Positions 52,788 to 63,777 of a DNA stretch of 64,000 bases are shown here, one piece after another (positions within the stretch are counted from its first letter, which is position 1; each line of letters begins with the position of its first letter). The position numbers were made by a program, and so were the translations under genes. Source of the stretch: Trypanosoma brucei (Eukaryota). The DNA lies in the NCBI GenBank assembly GCA_000002445.1, contig CP000071.1, positions 1,856,001 through 1,920,000 on the forward strand, in the 5' to 3' direction. The notes below the pieces were generated by a model. The model ran no database searches and was not told the DNA's origin. It saw only the letters and a list, made by a program, of their open reading frames with translations.

Positions 52788-53735
52788 TCAAGAACAGCCT
52801 TGTCTACACGTGTGTGGGGTAAACCTATGCGATTGATTGCATCCGCTGATGGACTTCATATCTGGAAAAGCTGCACTCGTCATGCGGGCTACGTAACTGG
52901 CAAACGGTTCACTTACAGCTAAAGCCGGGATGAGTTCCTCATGTCCTTCCATTAATGTCTTCGCCACATGCAACCACGCATACACCACAGCGTCATAACT
53001 TGTAGGAGTGTCTCCAAGTAAAAACGCACTCTTCTGCAGAAGCACATCCAAACACTTCACCTCTTGAAGAAATTGGCGTGTGTACTCCAGCGGCGGCAGT
53101 CGGTAATCTCCAGTGGTCTCAAGAACCTCCACAAGCGTGCGCCGCATGCCTTCCACTTTTTTGTGGGTGGACTCCTCATCCCGTGTGAATTCCTCCTCTA
53201 ACACACCTTCCAATAACTCGGGGTGATCAATCAACACTACTCGCTGTAAACCATAGTTGAGTGATGTTTCAACCATCCTTGTAACGACGCGACCAACAGC
53301 ATGGGATTCAGCGGATAGTTGATTATCCAAATCTACATCAAACTCGTTCATCAAGTAATGAATGATAACTTCACTATCACCCACTGCTACACCATCGTAC
53401 AAGATGAATGGCAACTTCCCGTTAGGAGATACAGTGGGGTCGTCGATGAAGTGCACAATGTATGAAATCTTCGCCAGTCGAAGAAAGGTTTCCACCTTAA
53501 AGCAATGCAAGAAACAATTAGGGCCGTGTGGCCAGCGGGGATGAATGAACAAATGTACAATGCCGTGCTCAAGACTATTAAGCATCACTTGCGTCATCAC
53601 ACGCTTCCTAAGTGCCTGAAGGAGTTTTGTGCAACGATACATGGCATAACCACACGCAGCAGCTGCAAATGCCGCACAACACAAAGGGTGCTCCCTATAC
53701 ATGCCTTGTAGCGCTCTGCTAGAACCTTCATTCAT
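52788..53735 (-). CDS. FAXC/metaxin-like GST-fold protein, paralogue 2.
   Basis: LFIHPRW...LPFILYDG and TSYDAVVYAWL align with 49878..50792. ATG at 53735; the track start is GTG 53795. Confidence 0.65.
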   Translation of the reverse strand: MNEGSSRALQGMYREHPLCCAAFAAAACGYAMYRCTKLLQALRKRVMTQVMLNSLEHGIVHLFIHPRWPHGPNCFLHCFKVETFLRLAKISYIVHFIDDPTVSPNGKLPFILYDGVAVGDSEVIIHYLMNEFDVDLDNQLSAESHAVGRVVTRMVETSLNYGLQRVVLIDHPELLEGVLEEEFTRDEESTHKKVEGMRRTLVEVLETTGDYRLPPLEYTRQFLQEVKCLDVLLQKSAFLLGDTPTSYDAVVYAWLHVAKTLMEGHEELIPALAVSEPFASYVARMTSAAFPDMKSISGCNQSHRFTPHTCRQGCS

Positions 53736-54362
53736 ATCTTTTTTTTTTGTTGTTGTTAAACGTGTGTTTGACAGATTCGTGGATTTTGAACACACTCTAA
53801 CTGTTTTTCCTGTTGTCTTCTTTTTTTTTTTCCTTCCTCTCTTTTTTCTTCTGCTGCTCCCGCTCTCTTGTATGTACCTGCAACGGAAATACGACTAAAC
53901 TAGTGAAGTATGGGGTCGACAGCAACGAAAAACAAAAGAAAGATCCAGCCGATGTATCTTTCTTTATTTCTTCCTTTTTATCTCCTTCTGACCTTCCGAT
54001 CGCCCACCTGACACCCTTCACACGTTACAGAAAAAAACAATGAGACGTAAAAAATGAAAAATAGCTCGTGAAGAAGGGAGTAAATAAATACACACGTAAA
54101 TATATGAATATCCCTAACTGGAACCAGTAAGGGTTGGATAAGTTCCTGCTTAATACACGTTGGAAGGGTTTGCAGTTACTCTGGTGCAAATCTAAAAATA
54201 CGAAACGCAAATAAAAAACATAATAAATCACGACTCGCAACCATCAGGGGCACAAACAATAATGAGGCAACCTGAAATGTAAAAAATATATACATATACC
54301 AAGAATGAAGAAAATAAAGAAAACAGGGTTATTAGGAGAGGGGGAAATACATAAATAAATAA

Positions 54363-54393
<31 letters not shown>

Positions 54394-54440
54394 CCCACGG
54401 GGTCTCATCATATTAGAAGCAAGACAAACACACACCTTTG

Positions 54441-55478
54441 CTACACCCCGTCGACCGCCTCAAAGAGAAGCGCCTCCTGTTCGGCCATGACCGACACAAG
54501 TTGGCGCCATTTCCTGAAGAGAATTACCTCCGCCTCATCAAGTAGCATTTTAGCGCGCTCTAAATTGGAACCGGTAAAATTAGTTGTGGCATTCGTTCGT
54601 ACTTCCGCGATGGTCCCATCACTTTTGCAATAATCGCCCACATCAACCGCCTCACCGCTGTTGTTTCCCCCTCTCATTTCCCTCCCATAAACGCCATGTG
54701 AGTCACTTCTCCGTTCCGCAGTCCCCACTGTTGACTTACAACCACCAAATAAAGGAGTGATATGGCCAGTAGTTGTGTCGTGCCGGTTGTCTAACCATTT
54801 AATTGCTTCGCCACTGTTCCCATGCATCGGTCCATTTGCATTACGGCGGGTGTTATCCGCGCACGGGGGAACTAACATCAAGTCAAACTTCACAGTAGCA
54901 GCCGTTCCTGACACTCCGGCTACAATTTGTGTCAAGGTCACACCACCAATGGGAGTACAAATGCGGAGGAACGCATCCCACAACTTCCCTTCCATATCAC
55001 ACAAAATACTCGCACCCCGCTCCGCATAGAATGCAGTTAATTCCGCTGCATTCCACCGTCCAATGAGTTCTAGCGCTGCCAAAAGCACTCCCTGATTGAG
55101 CATTAAACGCAGCAGTGCTCGCACACGCACATCTGCAGCGCTTTGCATGAAGGAAGACTTCACAACATACACGAGTTGTCCAGAGAACTTTAGACGATAC
55201 ATCGCCTTTCTCAGTGGACTTTTTGAACTTTCGTGTCGCGCAATCTTGCCGCACACGACCCTAAGAGTCTCGAGAACAGACCACAGATCAATTCCTTCGC
55301 ATAGGCCACGAGAAAGTACATTAATTAACTCCGTGATGAGCAGTTCCGCCACCTCCGCCATATATACGAGTTCGCCTTCGCGGCCACTAGAACGAGGAGC
55401 CGAAATATCACCATAATTTTTTACCGTGCGAGGGGAAAAAAGCAAAACGCTCTTCACCGCCGACTGCAGTGAATCCAT
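54441..55478 (-). CDS. Hypothetical protein with a possible RUN-like helical domain.
   Basis: Ordered helical N-terminal half (ELLITELINVLSRGLCEGIDLWSVL) and a low-complexity C-terminal half. The track start TTG 55550 was moved to ATG 55478. Confidence 0.45.
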   Translation of the reverse strand: MDSLQSAVKSVLLFSPRTVKNYGDISAPRSSGREGELVYMAEVAELLITELINVLSRGLCEGIDLWSVLETLRVVCGKIARHESSKSPLRKAMYRLKFSGQLVYVVKSSFMQSAADVRVRALLRLMLNQGVLLAALELIGRWNAAELTAFYAERGASILCDMEGKLWDAFLRICTPIGGVTLTQIVAGVSGTAATVKFDLMLVPPCADNTRRNANGPMHGNSGEAIKWLDNRHDTTTGHITPLFGGCKSTVGTAERRSDSHGVYGREMRGGNNSGEAVDVGDYCKSDGTIAEVRTNATTNFTGSNLERAKMLLDEAEVILFRKWRQLVSVMAEQEALLFEAVDGV

Positions 55479-55910
55479 GACGTCGCGGCAACAGGGATGA
55501 ATACAATGCAGTGCACTACACTTATATTTCCTCGTAGTTGAAAGCTCCAAAGAAGGAACTTAAGGTATCAAGGCATAACTCGGCAGATAGGGTCGTCTCG
55601 TTGGACTAGCAGAACATGGAATGACGGGATAAGTTGGGAAGAAAAAAAAAAAGAAACGCACAAAGGATGGAAAAGCAGTGCTGACAATACCACTTCCTCC
55701 CCACTTAGTATCGCAAGAATGCCAAAGTGCACAAACATGTACACATGCACTTAGATAGAAATTACTGAGGATATTCCAAGGCAACTTCGGTATTTTACCT
55801 TCACAGAAGTAGGGTAGAGTGGAAGCCGCACGACAGCAAAATCAACGGCTTCCACGTCAGGTGCTGCCGTCGCATTAAAATCTACACCCACAACATCCTG
55901 ATAATTGCCT

Positions 55911-57026
55911 CTAGGCACCAACAAGCACATTTACAGCAACATCTACCTGTCCACCGGCCGCTGACAAAGCATGTCGAATGTCTTCAGCACTAAATCCCAT
56001 TCCCAATTCCATTATCTGAGCGACACGTTCATCCACTTCAACGTCACCAACGCGACCGCCGACGGGCCGATGGGTGGTCTGTTGATTACCTGTGGGATTT
56101 TGCCCCTCCCGCTGCGGCATGGGCCTCGCGTTGCGTCGGTGTCGAGCACCCCCTGATGACCACAACCCGAATGCTTCATCGTCATTCATATAACCTCCTT
56201 CAACCAAATTATCCACGGTGTAGCGGCCGTCTGTTGCCGCCCTTACATTTCCCGCCCGTTTGAGTGGCTTTAATTCCACTGTGGGACTCTGACCACCGAC
56301 TATGTTGAGAATTGGTTTCAGTAACCGCATGACAGGACGACACACACGCCGGCTGAACAAACCTAAGAACCATGCCAATGGCCCCTGCCGTCCCGAGGCG
56401 AGACCGAAAACAACTCCCAGAAGGGTAAGCACCAGGCGAGTGTAGAGGCCCGCATCCGCACGAATTACGCTCCCGCGAAGGCGTGACGTCCGCATCGGGA
56501 GTTCCGTTTCAGGGCACACAATTAGTTTCAACATCGACAATGTCAGCAGCGGCTTCGAAATTATTGCTAGAGGGAACGAAAAAGACTCCCACGCGTCGAG
56601 CGATGGCACCTCCATGATGAAACGCGTCACAAGTGAGGCTAGCGGCATGAGTGACCCGGCTGCGGATAGGACTTGAAGCTGTTCGAATGGCAACGACAAG
56701 GAAGATCCCCTAACAACACAGACGTTGATAATAAATGAACTTATCATTGCAGTTGTCACAACGAAGGCGAGAAAAGACGCTGATCCCCATCGTCGTTCCA
56801 GTTTACGCATCTGTATAATTATGAACAACGCACAACCAAGATCAAAAATGGAGATCCCCAATGTCCCCAGTGGAAATGTGAGTATTGGGAAGCGCTTGAT
56901 GGTGGCTGTCCAGCCCAGTACAGTGCGAGAAGATTGCGAAACCACGTGACCACGAATCGCAGCACTTGAGTAATACACGGAAATGCCTATCAGAAACCCC
57001 GTGATGGGGGCGTGTGCTAATGCCAT
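55911..57026 (-). CDS. Rhomboid-like polytopic membrane protein with a C-terminal UBA domain (UBAC2/Dsc2-like).
   Basis: Six or more hydrophobic segments. C-terminal VDERVAQIMELGMGFSAEDIRHALSAAGGQVDVAVNVLVG is a canonical UBA (MGF/L..L motif). Confidence 0.6.
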   Translation of the reverse strand: MALAHAPITGFLIGISVYYSSAAIRGHVVSQSSRTVLGWTATIKRFPILTFPLGTLGISIFDLGCALFIIIQMRKLERRWGSASFLAFVVTTAMISSFIINVCVVRGSSLSLPFEQLQVLSAAGSLMPLASLVTRFIMEVPSLDAWESFSFPLAIISKPLLTLSMLKLIVCPETELPMRTSRLRGSVIRADAGLYTRLVLTLLGVVFGLASGRQGPLAWFLGLFSRRVCRPVMRLLKPILNIVGGQSPTVELKPLKRAGNVRAATDGRYTVDNLVEGGYMNDDEAFGLWSSGGARHRRNARPMPQREGQNPTGNQQTTHRPVGGRVGDVEVDERVAQIMELGMGFSAEDIRHALSAAGGQVDVAVNVLVGA

Positions 57027-57765
57027 CACTCAATCTTTCTTTGCACCTATGCTTGTATGTGCGCGGGGTCAATAAAAATTTTAAAATATATATATATATA
57101 TATATATATACGTTTTAATATTTGTGGGCGTATTTCCCTTTTCTGTTGGTATTATTTCCCTCCACCCGTCGATTGCTCTCGTCGTACGAGGAAACCTGTG
57201 GGACAAAAATAAGAACAGATGTTAGAATAGGGGAAGTAGCGCATGTGTGTGTATGTGTATGTATGTATTTGGCGGGACAATGTTGGTTGCATTTAGAGGA
57301 ATAAGCAAAATAACAGAAAAAGTAAGACACAGTGAGAATTCAGATGCACAATGAAAGCGATATGCTTAAAAGCACTTGTAAAATAGATTCGACGAGGTTG
57401 CATCAGTAAGTAGTGGAAAATGAGGAAGATGGGCACCCGTGCTCGCGGTTTATGTGCATTTATATATATGTACATAATTGCATGCGAAAGCACAAAAAAA
57501 ACAAAAAGAGTTAAAAAGATATGAAAGGAATTATTAGAGGCTGTAAAGGAAGAAAAATAACTACGGAATATGTAAAACTTTCCCTTTTTCTCCGCTAAAT
57601 AACTTTCACTGCGCCTGCTAGGCGGTGACATTACACTAATGATTCCCTTCCTTCAAATAAAAAACCTCTCTGCACTTACTCTCCCTCTGTCCATTTCAAA
57701 CGGACGACCAAAAAAAAAAGAAAAGAAACTGAAAGAGGACAGATGGTGGCATTATAATCAAAAAA

Positions 57766-57768
<3 letters not shown>

Positions 57769-57797
<29 letters not shown>
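57769..57797. repeat. (AT)14 microsatellite.
   Basis: TA dinucleotide run. Confidence 0.9.
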
Positions 57798-57800
<3 letters not shown>

Positions 57801-59538
57801 TATATATTACATATATGTTGAGGCTACACCAATTCAGTTAAAGTACTTCAGAAAGGAAACAACTAGTCACATCACAAAAGAAAAAAAAACACAAAGAGGG
57901 ATGCGCTCGTTGTGACGGTGTACCGCAGAGTCACGAAGAAAAACAAAGAGGGGGAAAAAGGGAAGGCAGTGGAAATAAGTAAGTAAGTGAAACAAAAATT
58001 AAAAAAAAACAAAAAAGAAAAGGAAAGAAAAGAAAAGAAAAGAAAAAAACAAAAAAGGCAAAAAAGAAAAGGAAGATGCACAGACGGAGCCGAAGAGGTG
58101 TTTCTCTTTAACACGTGTCTCCCTTGCCCCATAACCGTCCTAAAAGTAGGAAAACAAAAAGCAAAAAAAAAAAAACAGCAGCAGATTGGTTACAACAACA
58201 ATAACTACAGTAACAACTGTAGCTATCATAACAATAGCAGTAAGGAAAGTAAAAAAAATTAAAATTAAAATTAAAAAAGTAAGGTTAATAAGGTTTAAAA
58301 GATCAGTAACATTAATGCGAATGTTAATGATGATACAAAAAAAGAGGGGGGAAGAACAAGGAAGTGAGAAAAGAAAAGAAAAGAAAAGAAAAAAAGACAA
58401 AAGGGTAGCAGAGGCAATCGTTTATCTATTTTGAAGTATGTGCCTTATTTCCCCGTTCCGATGATATTCTCCGCTTCAACATTAATCAAAATATTTTAAA
58501 TATAAATACATCGGTTCTTCTAAATTATATATATGTATATTATTATTATTATTATAAATTTAGTTACTTGCTTATCCTCGTTTCACTTTCATTCTTTTAA
58601 CGGCATCAAAAAAAAAAAATTGAGCCTCCCGAGAGCCGCTAAACTCATCACTACATTTTAAACTACCATAATCAGAAGAAAAAAAAAGGAAACTAATGCA
58701 ACTCAACTACGCATACACTTCCATATATTTGTACCTATTTGTGTTTAGTTTTGTCTTTTCATAGTCTCGTTTGGTTCCGGAAAAGTACCAGATTAGGTGA
58801 AGTTAACGTTAAAGTTTCTTTGAGGGACACCAAATAATAGGAAAATGACAAAAACAAAACAAAGAACCGGAGATGAAGGGGGGGGCAAAAAAAAAAAAAA
58901 AACGCAACCTGAACCAAAAGAAAGAGGGGAAAACGGGAGGAATACGAAAGAGTGAAAGGCGCGTGCGTTCCAAGAGGAAAAAAAAAAGGGGCCACAATAT
59001 AAAATAAACGGAGACACGGTAATTCTAAGGAGCGTACGGTACAATTTCCGTTTAGAAAGTTCTTGAGAATTTACTCTTTTTCTTTTTAATTTTCATAATA
59101 ATACTTTGTAATATCGGGAACACATGCACATATATACACACATACATGCATGCGTATTGAATTGGTTCTCTTCCTTTAATCCAATAATTCTCCCCGCAGT
59201 CACACCAAAAATCATACGGGACTTCAAACATCATTTTCTTTTCTTTTCTCTTTCTTTTTTACTTTACTTTTTGTTTTGCTTTGTTTTGTTTTCTCCCCTT
59301 CTCTTTTTCTTCCTTTCACTCAATCTCCATATCCTAGAACCGTATCTCCCTTCTGTTTCACGATTACCACAAATTGGAAAATAAAGTACTTGTAAATGTT
59401 TCTCCTTTCTTTCTTTTCTCTCACTCTCTCACTCTTTTATTTTTTTTCCCCCCTTAGTCTGCTTCTTTCTTTTTTTCTCCTTTTTGTGTGTATGCGTAGA
59501 CATATATATATATATGTATATCATCCCCGAACATTTAT

Positions 59539-60177
59539 TTATGACAAATGCTTTCCAGGCGTATGCTGATGAATCAGTTGACCCATTTGTCTCCTCTGTT
59601 CCTCCATTACATGCTGATGAAACTCTTGTGATGTGCTGCAGGAGCCACGGCGTGCGGGTTCCCCCACGTAAAAGTTTGGAAGCGGTAACTTTCCAGTTGT
59701 CGTTGCCGTTGGTATTTCAGTTGTTCGTGGCACATCAGCCGGTGTTCCATCTTGCATAAATCCCCAATTCTCCCGAAATATCGACTGAGAGACTCCCTTC
59801 GGTGTCATGAATTGTGGGGAAGATGAGCTCCAAGATGCGCCACAAGGGAGGTGTTGAGGGTTACGTGTGATACCGCTGCAACTTGGGCCCGTTGCTCCGG
59901 GGAGATGAGCAAACCATGTCCCATCTGAGCTGGAAAGAACATAAAAGGGTTGGCGGTGACTTGTTGAACTGTTTCTGGAAGCGTTGGCAGCTCCTTTCGC
60001 TGTTGCCGTTGCCGTTGCCGGGCCACTACCGCTGCTGCTGATATCATGTGCACAATTGTGCCTACTATTGGATACGTCTTCGCATGGGTTCATTTGCAAC
60101 AATATATCCACTGTGGAGAGCCGTCTTGGGGAGGCACCTCCAGCTCCATTTGAATTCACGTGAATATTCCGAGACAT
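59539..60177 (-). CDS. Hypothetical S/T/G-rich, probably disordered protein. Coding status uncertain.
   Basis: ATG ORF with polyY on the minus strand immediately upstream (60255-60300). Low complexity and no domain. Confidence 0.3.
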   Translation of the reverse strand: MSRNIHVNSNGAGGASPRRLSTVDILLQMNPCEDVSNSRHNCAHDISSSGSGPATATATAKGAANASRNSSTSHRQPFYVLSSSDGTWFAHLPGATGPSCSGITRNPQHLPCGASWSSSSPQFMTPKGVSQSIFRENWGFMQDGTPADVPRTTEIPTATTTGKLPLPNFYVGEPARRGSCSTSQEFHQHVMEEQRRQMGQLIHQHTPGKHLS

Positions 60178-61870
60178 TCTTATCAACCCCAGCAGTTTCT
60201 CAGGATATGTATAATAAAGGTGATTTGAACATTTAGAAGGGGTGTGAGACAAAATAGAGAAAAAAAAAAAGAGGAAGAAGAAGAGAGATGGAAATTAAAT
60301 GTGGTAAAATATCGTGCAAAGTAAACAACAGTATATATCATAAGAATAAAAACCATAACAGTAATAACAAAAATAATGACAAACAAGCAGTTAAATCACA
60401 AACCAAATCAGCAGAGGAGATGAAAGAAGCGCCGGATGATGGTGGACGAATGGGCAACGTCAGACGCTTTTGCTTGACGCGATAACTTCTATATGCATCT
60501 GTTATGTTTATTCCGTGACCCTCCCCTTCCCCTCCTCTCTCTTTTTCCCCCCTCAATACGTCACCCCAACCAACAGCACCAACTAAGTTTTTAAATACGT
60601 ATATATATATATATACAACAAGGAGGAAATATTGTGAAAGAATGCCTTGGTACGGTGATATTACCTCAAACCACGTGGGGTGCTGCCACACCAAAAAATT
60701 ATTTCAGCCCCTCCCCCCCCCTCGGCCGCCCGGTCAGCCGCCTGTAAGTCAAAGCTTCTTCGAAGCAAACCGAAGGACCTCATGCAGCAGTAAAACAACA
60801 AAGAGACTAAATGAAAAGAGGGAGAGGAAAAAAGAAAAAAAACACAGTCCCCTTCTGCGCTGTGCAGCGGGAGCACTTCTGAAAGCATTACTGCATCTGC
60901 ACCGTCATTTATTCCTCAAACATCGGACCACGGGTCCCCACTTGGTGCTATGGAGAACTATCAAATTGACTACCCAGTTTAACACACAAATACAAACACA
61001 TGCATCTTCCCACTAATGGTTCAGTGAAAGTCTTCCGACCCAAACACACACACACACACACAACCACACACACAACTTAATGCACTTTTCATTCTTCCCA
61101 CATATATACGGAAGAACAACAAGTACGAATTGTGTGTGTGGTTGTGTCTTCTTCCTATTTTACCTTATATTCAGTTTTGTCATTTTCATCAACATCCCGT
61201 CCCCTGCACTTCTCCCCCCTTCTCCCCTTCTCCTCCTCTCCTTTTCTTTCTTTTTTCGTCATGAAAAAATCTACGTTTATCTTAACTATCACCTTTTGGT
61301 CATTATCTCTTCATCCTGACACAGTTAGCTGTTATTGTTTTCTTTTCTGCTTGATGAAAGAATTCCTTCATCATATCAGTGATTTGAGCAGAAGCTACTT
61401 CTTTTAAATTCCCTCCCCCCTTTTTTAATAATGATCATAATAATTAAAATAAAATAAAACCGTTCGCCCTGAAGAGGAGAAAAGAAAGGGAGAAGGGTCC
61501 AGAGAGGGGGAAAAAAAAAGAGAACGTTGGGGAGGGAAGGGGGAAACAAACATTGAGCACGATGTCAACCTGATCCACGAAACCGAAATGACGAAGGCGG
61601 TATAAGACGCGGCAGGGAATTTTTTATAAAAAAAAAAGAAATCAGACCGGGAATTTTATAACTAATACACCAAAAAACAAATAGAGGGTGGAACACACAA
61701 GAAGAAACGGATACGGTAGGGTCCGTATGTTAGACCCGACAAACCTAACCAGATGAAAGACCTGTATGCATGTATATGTATATATATATATATATGTTTA
61801 TGTAAATTTGTAAATGTGTACCACCTTCACCCATCTATTTTATTTATTCCGATTTCGTACATAAACTAAA

Positions 61871-63685
61871 TCAAAGGGACGAGGCCCTCCTGAACAGCTC
61901 CGCAGCAGTTTCCGGCTGTTCAGGCTCCTCGAAACTTCCCGTGTCCCTCACAATATGTTTCAGCAGGCCGTACGAGTACCAGTGGCAATATGACCACCAG
62001 TTAATTAAGTACGGGTCGTAGTAAAATGCAGAACGGGACCGCTCACTAAGACCCTCGTCAAGTGACATGGTATTCGTCGCGGCAAAAACCCATTCAGTAC
62101 ATGTAAAGGCAACAAACTGCCGGTTAAGGTCCTTTGCACGAAAAAGGGCTCGCTTCAGTTTCTTCACATTTTCCCGCTTGCTTTTGGACCCGATTGGCTC
62201 CGGAAGGTCGGCCAGGAATGCGAGGGCATGAGAAGGAACCTCGCGGCAGAGAAAAAATTTCATGGCGTAGAGAAGACGGGACTCCATAAATTGCACACTG
62301 ACGGGTCCGAGGGCTTTGGGATGGCGCTTTTTCGCACTCCAGTACTCTATCGATGCGTCAGACATCCTACGCCATGTAATATGGTTGTGTGAATGCGAAG
62401 TGGATGCCTGGTAAATAAATGGTACACTAGTTCCATACACATCCGAACCTGCCATGGCCACGACAGGACCACCGGTGTCACGCTGTTGCTGTTGTTGCTG
62501 TCCTTGGTCATTATCATTATTGATGTGGCCACCGCCGTTGTTACTGGCATGATTTTGTTGTTGTTGTTGCTGCTGAAAAATGGAAGCCGGATTGCCTTCG
62601 TAAACTCCTTTAAGGGCACCTTTGCCGGTGCCATTTAACTGTTTCGCTGCTGTCAAGGGGTTAAGCAGGCCTTGGGCGGTACTTGCAGCAGTGGATCTCT
62701 CCCTTGCGTGCTCATCAACATTCACAACTTTGGGTGTGTTGCCCTTGAAGTGTGTTTTTGCCTGGAAGAGGGCCTTTAAGATGACGTTAACGACAAAATC
62801 AACTGGCACAATATCTGCAATGGCCCCCTGGCGGCAAACGAGCTCCCGTACCAAACCCAACCCACAAGTTAAAATGAGACCACCAGCGGCCGTCAGGGCA
62901 TCAACCCATCCTGGAAATGGTTCTTTAAGGCTACATCCCACAATGGATGGCCGCACAATTACCAAAGGACAGTTTCCCTTATTTTCATTCAAAAGCTGCT
63001 CTCCTATGAATTTAGTGAAGGTATATGTGTTGGGAAATCCATACTTCTTGAGCAGATCACGGCCCACGGTGTCTATTTCCTTATCGTTGAGCGCTAAAAT
63101 GTGTTTGCACATCCCCTGGGGGTCGAACGGAGGCGAGTAGAGACATTCCTCGACGGGTCTCCCTTGTACGCTATAATTAACATAACACGTCGAAACATGA
63201 ACCATTGCCTCAAGATTTTTGCACTCTTTAGCCAAGGTGAGCACACGAAGAGAGCCCAGCGTATTGGTTTCCACCGCTATATTAAGTCTCTCATCAAAGT
63301 TGACGGTTGCCGCCATGTGTACAATAAAATGCGTGTGGTTGATGAGCGTCTGGCGATCCTTGTCACTGAGACCAATACGATTATCAACAATGTTTCCTTC
63401 AATGGCCACTACACGCGAACCCAATGCGTTGAAGGCAGCCTCCCCCATACTTTTCCGAAGTGGGTCAAAACACGGTGAGCTGAGCACCTCCAACTTTACT
63501 CGCTCCTGAGGGTTGAGATATCGCTTCAACCTTCTCGAATTCTTTCCTCGTGCGAGAACATAAATATAACCAACGTCCGGAAACTCTTTCATGATTTTGT
63601 AAATGAGTACTTTCCCCATGAACCCCGTTCCTCCAGTGAGAAAGAAGTTTTTGCGTGAAAACGCTTCATGGACGTCGAGTGGCAT
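61871..63685 (-). CDS. Fatty acyl-CoA reductase (male-sterility/FAR family) with a poly-Q/N low-complexity insert.
   Basis: NAD(P)-binding FLTGGTGFMGKVL. The YxxxK region. FAR_C (sterile) domain at the C-terminus. Insert QQQQQQNHASNNGGGHINNDNDQGQQQQQQR. ATG at 63685; the track start is GTG 63748. Confidence 0.85.
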   Translation of the reverse strand: MPLDVHEAFSRKNFFLTGGTGFMGKVLIYKIMKEFPDVGYIYVLARGKNSRRLKRYLNPQERVKLEVLSSPCFDPLRKSMGEAAFNALGSRVVAIEGNIVDNRIGLSDKDRQTLINHTHFIVHMAATVNFDERLNIAVETNTLGSLRVLTLAKECKNLEAMVHVSTCYVNYSVQGRPVEECLYSPPFDPQGMCKHILALNDKEIDTVGRDLLKKYGFPNTYTFTKFIGEQLLNENKGNCPLVIVRPSIVGCSLKEPFPGWVDALTAAGGLILTCGLGLVRELVCRQGAIADIVPVDFVVNVILKALFQAKTHFKGNTPKVVNVDEHARERSTAASTAQGLLNPLTAAKQLNGTGKGALKGVYEGNPASIFQQQQQQQNHASNNGGGHINNDNDQGQQQQQQRDTGGPVVAMAGSDVYGTSVPFIYQASTSHSHNHITWRRMSDASIEYWSAKKRHPKALGPVSVQFMESRLLYAMKFFLCREVPSHALAFLADLPEPIGSKSKRENVKKLKRALFRAKDLNRQFVAFTCTEWVFAATNTMSLDEGLSERSRSAFYYDPYLINWWSYCHWYSYGLLKHIVRDTGSFEEPEQPETAAELFRRASSL

Positions 63686-63743
63686 TGTTCCTTTAGCCAA
63701 GGTACTTTCCAAAAGCCATGCAATTGCGGCACACGTGTAATTA

Positions 63744-63777
63744 CACACACATATATATATATATATATGTGTGTGTG
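63744..63777. repeat. Compound (CA)3(AT)9(GT)5 microsatellite.
   Basis: acacacatatatatatatatatatgtgtgtgtg lies immediately upstream of the FAR gene start. Confidence 0.9.
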
